Source of the DNA: Planctomycetota bacterium
GTDB lineage: Bacteria; Planctomycetota; GCA-002687715; DRQF01
Assembly (NCBI GenBank): GCA_027001995.1
Contig: JALTLO010000106.1
Coordinates: 1-16,068, forward strand
Length of the DNA: 16,068 nucleotides
Direction of reading: 5' to 3'
Positions 1-7,165 of the stretch are shown here, one piece after another (position 1 is the stretch's first letter; each line of letters starts with the position of its first letter). A program made the position numbers and the translations under genes. Below the pieces are notes generated by a model. It saw only the letters and a list, made by a program, of their open reading frames with translations. It ran no database searches and was not told the origin of the DNA.

Positions 1-560
1 CTTTTGCCGAGTCTGGTGACTTTACCGTGAATCTCAGTGAATGGATAAACTTGAAGATCGCCGATTTCCAATTTTTGCTTGCTGCTGAGGAAGATCCCCG
101 GCATAGCCTTGGAAGCGAATTCCTTACCGATCACCTTCAGTGATAGCTCGTTCCCCGCGGGCAAGCCTTTGACGGCGAAGGTCCCGTCTTCTCTTGTCTT
201 GGCGCTGGCGACAGGGTCTCCCAAGATGGTTGTGACAAAAACCTCAATGCCCTCGACCACAGACTTGTCCCGAGCCTTGATGACGCGACCCGCAATTGAC
301 CCTGATCCCATAGGGGTATTGACTTCGGTTTCCTGTCGGTCGTGGTCGTTCTCATGGGAGTTGACCTTCGTTTTGGACTCTCCAGCGCTCCTTTGAATTG
401 CCGAACGCTCCTGAGAGCCATCGCTGGTACCAATGACAGCATGCCTGTTTCTATCGTCAAGGCTTGCTGTATCGGTGTCATTCCACAAGTAGAAAAAAGC
501 GACCCCACAGCTCACCAAGAGCACTAACACCAGTCCGAACAAGAGGCTGTTACGATTCAT
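1..560 (-). CDS. Membrane-anchored carboxypeptidase-regulatory-like (CarboxypepD_reg) domain protein; 3' end truncated by window edge
   Basis: Manually translated open frame from ATG 560 (alternative in-frame ATG 572) to the edge with no stop: MNRNSLLFGLVLVLLVSCGVAFFYLWND (TM anchor), polar linker, then GSIAGRVIKARDKSVVEGIEVFV...AKTREDGTFAVKGLPAGNELSLKV...FAS, matching the G-x-I-x-GRV...T-x-x-DG-x-F...GLP-x-G pattern. A probable second repeat begins at IHGKVT. GGGGA SD-like motif upstream. Confidence 0.8.
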   Translation of the reverse strand, partial: MNRNSLLFGLVLVLLVSCGVAFFYLWNDTDTASLDDRNRHAVIGTSDGSQERSAIQRSAGESKTKVNSHENDHDRQETEVNTPMGSGSIAGRVIKARDKSVVEGIEVFVTTILGDPVASAKTREDGTFAVKGLPAGNELSLKVIGKEFASKAMPGIFLSSKQKLEIGDLQVYPFTEIHGKVTRLGK

Positions 561-767
561 GACATTCCCCATTTGACCAGAAGCTAACCCATCCCATCCT
601 ACACCCAATTGGGCGATTGGCCTCCAGTTGATTGGGTCAAGAAGCTGGATATTCTCGAATTCTGGCAAGGAAAATCGCCAGTCCATCCGAGAAAAGCAAT
701 CGATCAGGAGGGAGAAGTGCTTCTGTTCTCGTTCATGAGATCGCAGGCCTCACAGAGAGAAGAAGGA

Positions 768-2213
768 TCAATTCGCACAGGCGCTTTTGATGAGGGTCCA
801 CATGAGTTGGGCCATTTCTGCATCCAAGAAATCGTTGTGAGGGCGGACATCCTTGCCTTGTAGGCCGCCCGTACCACCATTGACAATGGTCTCCGCGTCG
901 ATCATGAGGACGCGTTTGTTGACGCGGGAAAAAATCTCTTCAGCGCTGGGAGGAGAAACTCCAGCCCTTGAAGCTGGCCAATGCAAAATGCGAAAGGTCT
1001 CTGGATGTTCTCGGGCGACCTTGAGGCCGTACTGACCTCCGACATTGGGAAACGTCGTTAGTATGCGAGCCGCAGCATTGGCCAAGTCGAAGGTGGATGT
1101 GGTCAAGACAATCTCGGCCCTTTTAGCGGCGAAACGATCGTAGGGATGGCCTTCGTCTGGGTCTTCCTTGAGGAAACGATTGGCAGAAAAGGCTCCTTGC
1201 AAACAGATGAGTAGGCTCAGTTTCTTGTGGGGTTTGGCGTTGACTAGATTGCGAGCGGAGAAGTAGGCCCGTGAGAGCATGCGGGCGCCCATGCTGTGGC
1301 CAATAGCGACCACAGGAAGGGGATTTTCTTCGTCTAAGAGGATGTCGTAGAGAAGGTGGGCGGCGATTGTGGAGCCAATGGCGTCCGCATCCTTGGCTTT
1401 GTCAAAGTAGCTGAAGATGTGGCCGATAAGATCTAAGGGTTGGATGAGTCCCTGAAGCCAAGCTGATGGCCAAGTGATACCAACAACCAAAGGTCGAAAG
1501 TCTCCATCGGATTCTTCACTCAAGCGGTGCAACATGAGGTTGTAAGTGTGGATGGCTTCGACTTGGTCCACATGCCAACCTAATGCCAAGAGAACTACGT
1601 GAGTGTGTTTCTCTTCAGCTAACTTTTGCTTGAAACGGCGTCGAAATACTTCGAGAGCGCGAAAACCATCGGCATAGTGGAATTGGGTCTTGCCAATGAC
1701 CCCGGAGCCATCTGGGTCATGGGCATTGAAGATGTCCACTGTCGCATAGCGACTTGTGTCAATGGCCGTGGGTTTGAAGGACTCATAGACCTGAGTTACC
1801 AAGCTGATTTTGTCGGTGTCGGCGTAGTCTGCAAATATCCTGTTGCGCAGTCGGGTGGCTTCTTGCTCCTCAAGGCGTTTCTCATCTTCCCTGGTTCTAG
1901 CGTATCCAGCCTTTGCGCGTATGGCGCGAATGGTGGCGGCATCCCAGGGCAATCGTTCTGGTTTGAAACGACTGGGGTCATGGGTGCCACGGTCTGGAGC
2001 AGAACTTTCTTCTCGATCCGCTTGCTCCAAGCCGATGATCCAACCGTCATGGCGAAGACCTCGGCTGAGAGCCAACTGCCGATAGGGGCGATCCGAAAGA
2101 GCACAGCCTCCCATGGCAGTTGCAAGAACGAGAAGGAGGCAGCGCCCGACCGTGTTGAGCGATCTGCGCTGTCTCTTGGATGAGTTGCTTTCGGAATCGT
2201 GGGCGCGATTCAT
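768..2213 (-). CDS. Probable lipoprotein alpha/beta hydrolase (DUF900-like esterase/lipase fold)
   Basis: 481-aa ORF with nucleophile elbow VVAIGHSMG (Ser307), candidate Asp (STFDLAN) and His (RPHNDFLD), and LALGWH at the oxyanion-strand position. Basic N-region, hydrophobic stretch and AMGG-C lipobox-like site. Starts 5 nt after the gatB stop. Confidence 0.75.
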   Translation of the reverse strand: MNRAHDSESNSSKRQRRSLNTVGRCLLLVLATAMGGCALSDRPYRQLALSRGLRHDGWIIGLEQADREESSAPDRGTHDPSRFKPERLPWDAATIRAIRAKAGYARTREDEKRLEEQEATRLRNRIFADYADTDKISLVTQVYESFKPTAIDTSRYATVDIFNAHDPDGSGVIGKTQFHYADGFRALEVFRRRFKQKLAEEKHTHVVLLALGWHVDQVEAIHTYNLMLHRLSEESDGDFRPLVVGITWPSAWLQGLIQPLDLIGHIFSYFDKAKDADAIGSTIAAHLLYDILLDEENPLPVVAIGHSMGARMLSRAYFSARNLVNAKPHKKLSLLICLQGAFSANRFLKEDPDEGHPYDRFAAKRAEIVLTTSTFDLANAAARILTTFPNVGGQYGLKVAREHPETFRILHWPASRAGVSPPSAEEIFSRVNKRVLMIDAETIVNGGTGGLQGKDVRPHNDFLDAEMAQLMWTLIKSACAN

Positions 2214-2218
2214 TCGTC

Positions 2219-3658
2219 TTAGCCGTTCAGTAACTTGTTGAGGATCTTGTTGACCACTCCAGGGTTGGCGCGACCTTTCGACTCCCGCATGACGAAGCCG
2301 ACGATCGCCCCGGAGGCTTTGCCTTTGCCGTTCTTGATGTCTTCCACAGCTTTTGGGTTGGCTTCGATAGCAGCTTTGACCATGGCTTCTAACTCGCCTT
2401 CGTCCGAGACTTGGATGAGGCCTAAGGCTTTTGCTTTGGCCTTCGGCTCCTCGCCGGTCTCAGCAATAGCCTTGAATAGCTTTTGGGCGCTCTTGAGATT
2501 GAGTGTGCCATCTTGTGTCAAGGCGATGAGGTCGGCTAACCGTTGAGGGGTGATCTTGATATCGTTGATCGAACAATGAGATTCGTTCAACAAAGTGAAC
2601 ACTTCACCGCCTACCCAGTTGGACGCTTGCTTGGCATCACCACAGAGTTTCGCGACTTCCTCGAACCATGCTGCAACATCTCGATCTTGAACCAAAAGAT
2701 TGGCGTCGTATTCTGGAAGGCCCAAGGCGCTTATGAAGCGGTCTCTCTTGGGAGCGGGCAATTCCGGCAGGTTCCTGCGGACTTCGTCTATCCATTCTTC
2801 ACTGATGTGAAATGGTGGCAAATCTGGATCGGGGAAGTAGCGGTAATCGGCGCTGTCTTCTTTTCTGCGCATCAAACGGGTCTCGCCAGCCAGGTCATCC
2901 CAGAGCCGGGTTTCTTCTTTGTCGATAGTGCCCCCGCTTTCATAGATGGCCAGTTGACGAAGTTGTTCGAACTCAATGGCGCGACGAACCATCTTGAAAG
3001 AGTTTAAGTTCTTTAGTTCGATCTTCGTGCCAAATTCCTGGCGGCCCTTGGGCTTAAGGCTGACGTTGACGTCAACGCGGAGGCTGCCTTTTTCCATGTC
3101 GCAATCGCTGATTTCGGCGTAACGCAAAAGTCGCTTGAGTTCGACGAGGTAGTCGTAGGCCATTTGTCCAGAGTTGATCTCCGGTTTGGTGACGATTTCC
3201 AAGAGTGGAATGCTACACCGATTTAGATCGACGAGTGTTCCGCTGTCCCCGTCTCCATGGGTGTTCTTGCCGGCGTCCTCTTCCAAGTGGGCGCGCTCGA
3301 TACCGACGCTGCCCCCTCCAGACATTTTCAACTCAACCCGTCCTTCGCCACAGATGGGAAAATCAAATTGAGAGATTTGGTAACCTTTAGGTAGGTCTGG
3401 GTAGAAGTAGTTCTTGCGGTCGAACTTAGTGAACGAGGCAATTTTACAGCCCATGACCAGACCGGCACGGATGCCCAAATTGAATGCCTGGCGATTGGCC
3501 ACAGGCAGAGCCCCCGGGAGTCCCAAACAAGTGGGGCAAACCGCTGTATTGGGTTCAGCACCGTAGCTATTGGGGCAGGCACAGAAAATCTTGGTCTTGG
3601 TTAAGAGTTGTACGTGGGTCTCCAAACCGACGACGGTGTCGAAGTCTTCCAAACTCAT
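2219..3658 (-). CDS. gatB: Asp-tRNA(Asn)/Glu-tRNA(Gln) amidotransferase subunit B
   Basis: Signature motifs VGLETHVQL, CPTCLGLPGALP, FDRKNYFYPDLPKGYQISQ, HLEEDAGK, DYRYFPDPDL and a C-terminal YqeY-like tail (GFVMRESKGRANP). 4-nt ATGA overlap with the gatA stop. Confidence 0.98.
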   Translation of the reverse strand: MSLEDFDTVVGLETHVQLLTKTKIFCACPNSYGAEPNTAVCPTCLGLPGALPVANRQAFNLGIRAGLVMGCKIASFTKFDRKNYFYPDLPKGYQISQFDFPICGEGRVELKMSGGGSVGIERAHLEEDAGKNTHGDGDSGTLVDLNRCSIPLLEIVTKPEINSGQMAYDYLVELKRLLRYAEISDCDMEKGSLRVDVNVSLKPKGRQEFGTKIELKNLNSFKMVRRAIEFEQLRQLAIYESGGTIDKEETRLWDDLAGETRLMRRKEDSADYRYFPDPDLPPFHISEEWIDEVRRNLPELPAPKRDRFISALGLPEYDANLLVQDRDVAAWFEEVAKLCGDAKQASNWVGGEVFTLLNESHCSINDIKITPQRLADLIALTQDGTLNLKSAQKLFKAIAETGEEPKAKAKALGLIQVSDEGELEAMVKAAIEANPKAVEDIKNGKGKASGAIVGFVMRESKGRANPGVVNKILNKLLNG

Positions 3659-5124
3659 GCGATTGCTGCCTCCTTGCTGAAGCCTGTGTTGCGCTCATGG
3701 GCGTCGGCTACACGGAAAATCAAGTCTTCACGGAAGGGTGGGGCGATGATTTGCATGCCGACTGGCAATTTACTGTCACCGTCGTCTAAGAATCCAGCAG
3801 GCACGCTGACCCCTGGTAGTCCTGCTAAGTTCAGAGAAGCCGTTAGGATGTCAGCCAAATACATGGTGATGGGATCATCGGTCTTCTCACCGATTTTGAA
3901 AGGCAATGTGGGTGTGGTGGGGCCGACAATGACATCACATTTCTCAAATGCGTTTTCGAAGTCTTGACGGAGGAGAGTCCTCACTCTTTGAGCCTTGTCA
4001 TAGTAGGCATCGTAGTAGCCGGAAGACAAGCAATAGGTGCCCAGCATGATGCGTCTTTTGACTTCGTCACCGAACCCTTCTAATCGGGACTTCATGAACA
4101 AGCTCATGATGTCGCCGTCCCCTTCGTGGCGGGTGCCATAACCGACACCATCGTAGCGCGCTAAATTACTACTCGCTTCCGAAGTCGCGACGATGTAGTA
4201 GACAGGAATGGAATACTCCGTGTGAGGCAGTGAGATGTCTACGACTTCCGCCCCAGATTCCTCCATGACTTTGATCGATTCCATGACTTTGTCGCGAACG
4301 GCTTGGTCGATGCGGTCGTCCATGAATTCTTTGGCAACGCCGATGCGCAGACCGGCAAGGTCTTGGCCCAAAGCGTCTTCGAAGTGGGGCACCTTCGTGT
4401 TGGCGGCCGTTGAATCCTTAGAGCAAGCTCCAGACATCACCTCAGTCACCCGGGCAGCATCTGCGGTGCAATGAGTAAAGGGGCCAATTTGATCCAAGGA
4501 TGAACCAAAGGCAACCAAACCATAGCGCGAGATTCGTCCATAGGTGGGTTTCATTCCTAACACGCCGCAGAATGCAGCGGGTTGACGAATGGATCCTCCC
4601 GTATCGCTTCCCAGTGCAATGGGGCATAGTCTTGATGCCACTGCGGCTGCACTGCCACCGCTGGAACCCCCGGGGATTCGTTCTTTATCCCAAGGATTCT
4701 TGGTTGGCCCGAATGCGGAATTTTCCGTTGAGCTTCCCATGGCGAATTCGTCGAGATTGGTTTTGCCAATGAGGACGGCACCAGCGGCTCTCAAGCGGTC
4801 GATGACTGTGGCGCTGAATGGGGCAACAAAGTTCTCCAAGAACTTGCTCGCGCATGTTGTCTTCAGGCCTTTGATGTCGATGTTGTCTTTGATGGCAATT
4901 GGCACTCCTGCCAGGGGCCCAGGATCTTCACCGTTTTTCACCTTCGCGTCGACGGCAGCTGCTTCCTTTTGGCTTTCGCTATTGAGGGAGAGGAAGCAGT
5001 TGAGGTCACCATCGAGAGTCTTGATTCGATTGTTGAAGTGCTCAAGCACGGACACGGCACTCAGCTCGCCAGAGCGAACTCGAGTGGCCAGATCTACCGC
5101 GCTCATTTCATGTATTTCGGGCAT
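3655..5124 (-). CDS. gatA: Asp-tRNA(Asn)/Glu-tRNA(Gln) amidotransferase subunit A
   Basis: Amidase signature with IKDN, GKTNLDEFAMGSSTENS, PGGSSGGSAAAV, GSDTGGSIRQPA, SSNLARYDG and EVKRRIMLGT. Start placed at ATG 5124 (or 5127) after GAGGA, just past the gatC stop, rather than at 5181 inside gatC. Confidence 0.97.
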   Translation of the reverse strand: MPEIHEMSAVDLATRVRSGELSAVSVLEHFNNRIKTLDGDLNCFLSLNSESQKEAAAVDAKVKNGEDPGPLAGVPIAIKDNIDIKGLKTTCASKFLENFVAPFSATVIDRLRAAGAVLIGKTNLDEFAMGSSTENSAFGPTKNPWDKERIPGGSSGGSAAAVASRLCPIALGSDTGGSIRQPAAFCGVLGMKPTYGRISRYGLVAFGSSLDQIGPFTHCTADAARVTEVMSGACSKDSTAANTKVPHFEDALGQDLAGLRIGVAKEFMDDRIDQAVRDKVMESIKVMEESGAEVVDISLPHTEYSIPVYYIVATSEASSNLARYDGVGYGTRHEGDGDIMSLFMKSRLEGFGDEVKRRIMLGTYCLSSGYYDAYYDKAQRVRTLLRQDFENAFEKCDVIVGPTTPTLPFKIGEKTDDPITMYLADILTASLNLAGLPGVSVPAGFLDDGDSKLPVGMQIIAPPFREDLIFRVADAHERNTGFSKEAAIA

Positions 5125-5131
5125 CATTTCC

Positions 5132-5413
5132 TCAGACAGTCTTGGGAACTTTGATTTGTTCGTCGTTGTGGTCAGCGGCATTCATCAGGGCCGAGGCTCG
5201 GTCCAAGCAGGTGCCAACAATGTCTTCGCGAAAAACATCGCCCCCTAAGGAAGCATGCATCATGGGTGGGATGTCTTTCACATCCAAGGCATCCAGGCTG
5301 CTGACGAAGTTGAGGATTTTCTCCAATTGGCCAGCGAACTGCTCCACCTGACTGGGGTCCATTTCGATGCGGGCTAAGTCCGCGATTCTTTTTACCTCTT
5401 CATGTTCAATCAT
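5132..5413 (-). CDS. gatC: Asp-tRNA(Asn)/Glu-tRNA(Gln) amidotransferase subunit C
   Basis: 93 aa with EEVKRIADLARI...ILNFVSSLDALDV...FRED...ALMNA...IKVPK, located immediately upstream of gatA. Confidence 0.95.
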   Translation of the reverse strand: MIEHEEVKRIADLARIEMDPSQVEQFAGQLEKILNFVSSLDALDVKDIPPMMHASLGGDVFREDIVGTCLDRASALMNAADHNDEQIKVPKTV

Positions 5414-5540
5414 GAGTCATCTGTCTTTCCACAAGATGTTTTATTGCAGTGGTTTATGTTAGAAGACTTGGGTCGCACATGGCTTCTTTCACGGGCTTGT
5501 GCTTAGGTAAGTCCCTTGTCGGTTCGGACAAGGCTCGGTG

Positions 5541-5546
5541 ATTATA
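5541..5546 (-). promoter_or_regulatory. Candidate -10 box (TATAAT) for gatCAB
   Basis: Perfect TATAAT on the - strand about 130 nt upstream of gatC, in the divergent intergenic region. No recognisable -35 element. Confidence 0.3.
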
Positions 5547-5743
5547 AGGAAGGATGAGTTGCCTTCCACTGAAGGGAGCGGAATCTTCCGTTTCTGGCCT
5601 AATTTTTTGGCTCTGGCTTACTGGTTGTTGAAATTCTTGGTTTTACCGCCCCATCACCATAAAAATGACGTCTCTCATGTTGAAGTAGGCATGGATGCAC
5701 CCCCTTGCCGTTACCCTGACCTCAAGAAACGAAGGAGATCAAG

Positions 5744-6325
5744 ATGAGTGATGCTGATTATGATTTCCTGGGCCTCGTTTTGGCGACAGTTGGTTTGTTC
5801 TTCATTTGTTGTGCAGTTCAGCACAAGAAACCCCGCCACATCTTGGAAGAGGCTTTCGGCATCTACAGAGGACGCCTAAGAGAGCTTAAGACCTCCGTCT
5901 TCAAGCGGAATCAAGTGGTGATGGGCTACCTTTGTGTTGTTGTTGCCATTGTTTTGAACATTTATGGGGCAAGCAAACCTGGTACTGCGGGCATCGTTGA
6001 TGGATTGGGCACGGTGGGCCAAATTGTTGCCCTGATTACCTTGATCGCTGCGCTCTGTGGCATTCTCAACTATTTGTCTCGGCTGTGGAGCAAAGCCTCC
6101 TTCAAACGCTTGGTGTATGAGGTTGTAACGGAATACCAATGGCCCTTTGAAGACAATATGGTGCTGACCAAAGAGATCGGCAAACTTCTCCAGATTCCGC
6201 AGAAGGAAGAAGATACGGTTGAGTCTTATGTCAGCCGAATTCGTACACATCTGAAAATTCCCCATCCTATGCCCGGTTCCAAAGGCAGAGGCATGCGGGC
6301 GCCCCGTATCAATAAGCCAGGATAG
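5744..6325 (+). CDS. Hypothetical membrane protein (~3 TM helices plus charged C-terminal domain)
   Basis: 193-aa ORF with strong SD AAGGAG 6 nt before ATG. Hydrophobic segments FLGLVLATVGLFFICCAV, VVMGYLCVVVAIVLNIYG and IVALITLIAALCGILNYL. Family not recognised. Confidence 0.85.
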   Translation: MSDADYDFLGLVLATVGLFFICCAVQHKKPRHILEEAFGIYRGRLRELKTSVFKRNQVVMGYLCVVVAIVLNIYGASKPGTAGIVDGLGTVGQIVALITLIAALCGILNYLSRLWSKASFKRLVYEVVTEYQWPFEDNMVLTKEIGKLLQIPQKEEDTVESYVSRIRTHLKIPHPMPGSKGRGMRAPRINKPG

Positions 6326-6356
6326 CTGAAGCCCATGGCGTGGGCTGAAGGTTTCT

Positions 6357-7118
6357 ATGGGAATTCTCCAAATATTGCGAAGGTATTCACCGCCGGTGGC
6401 TTCCGCCCTGGTTGACTTGGTCCTTCCTCGATTCTGTTCGATTTGTGGGCCATTGGTTTCGGCGGGCGATCTTCCGAATATCTGCCTAACCTGCACAGAC
6501 AAATTAATTCTGCAGGACGGTGACGCGCAGTGCCTTTGTTGTGCTTGCCCAATTCAAGGTTATGAGCGGATCGCTGGTCGATGCTTGGGCTGTTTTCGCC
6601 GCAGACCCCCTTGGACTCGCCTTGTGGTTCTCGGGGCTTTCGATGGTTTGTTGGCTGAGTTGGTGCGAAAACTTAAGTTTGACAAAGATCGAAGCTGCGC
6701 GGCTCCTTTGGGGGAGCTCCTGGCAGCCCAAGGGAAGGTGGTGGGGTGGAAGAAGATATCCTTCGACGGCATTGTCCCTATTCCTTTGAGTCCGGCGAAG
6801 CAGAGAAGTCGTGGTTTCAACCAAGCTGAACTCATCTCCATCGACTTAGCTAAGGCTATATCGACCCCTTTGAAGTGCCGGTGGTTACAGCGGTCCAATT
6901 CGGCTCAGAGTCAAGTGGGCCGTCATGCACGGGCCCGGCGTCGCTTGGCTCAGGGTACTTTTGAAGCTCATCCGATGGTTTTTGGCCAGCGCATCTTGGT
7001 CGTGGATGACGTTGTAACCACCCAAGCGACTCTTCTTGCGGCCGTTGGTGCTCTTAAGAAGGCTGGTGCCCTTGAAGTCCAGGTCATTGCCTGTGCGCGC
7101 ACTGATCTACGTCGATGA
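6357..7118 (+). CDS. comF: ComF-family protein (double zinc ribbon plus type I phosphoribosyltransferase domain)
   Basis: DLVLPRFCSIC, CLTC, CLCC and CLGC Cys pairs; LKF; IVPIPLS...RSRGFNQAELI; ILVVDDVVTTQATL; LKKAGA...CAR. Confidence 0.92.
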   Translation: MGILQILRRYSPPVASALVDLVLPRFCSICGPLVSAGDLPNICLTCTDKLILQDGDAQCLCCACPIQGYERIAGRCLGCFRRRPPWTRLVVLGAFDGLLAELVRKLKFDKDRSCAAPLGELLAAQGKVVGWKKISFDGIVPIPLSPAKQRSRGFNQAELISIDLAKAISTPLKCRWLQRSNSAQSQVGRHARARRRLAQGTFEAHPMVFGQRILVVDDVVTTQATLLAAVGALKKAGALEVQVIACARTDLRR

Positions 7119-7124
7119 TCGAGA

Positions 7125-7152
7125 ATGGGGCGGCCTTGAGTGACCGCCCCAT
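7125..7152. terminator. Hairpin between convergent comF and acylase genes; possible bidirectional terminator
   Basis: Perfect 9-bp inverted repeat ATGGGGCGG (7125-7133) / CCGCCCCAT (7144-7152) within the 47-bp gap. U-tracts are weak on both strands. Confidence 0.55.
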
Positions 7153-7165
7153 GTTGAACAACTGG

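Noticed and set aside
4262..4291. 12-bp direct repeat TCCATGACTTTG twice at an 18-nt period in gatA
   Set aside because: It encodes KVME twice within an intact helix; only two copies, so it is not an array or a target-site duplication.
5125..5181. N-terminal extension of GatA in the ORF track (MPLTTTTNK...)
   Set aside because: It overlaps gatC by 50 nt, and an SD-supported ATG at 5124/5127 gives a normal-length GatA.
4589..5248. 219-aa + strand ORF and other long antisense ORFs (1626-2183, 2543-3007, 5876-6502, 7496-7984, 14304-14864)
   Set aside because: They lie wholly or mostly opposite well-supported genes and have no recognisable motifs, as expected for antisense shadows.
5493..5533. 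GGTTCG-containing stem resembling a tRNA T-arm
   Set aside because: No acceptor stem, D-arm or anticodon arm can be built around it.
5538..5747. 69-aa ORF overlapping the membrane gene start by 4 nt (ATGA)
   Set aside because: GTG start without a clear SD and no recognisable features; it spans the probable divergent promoter region. It cannot be fully excluded.
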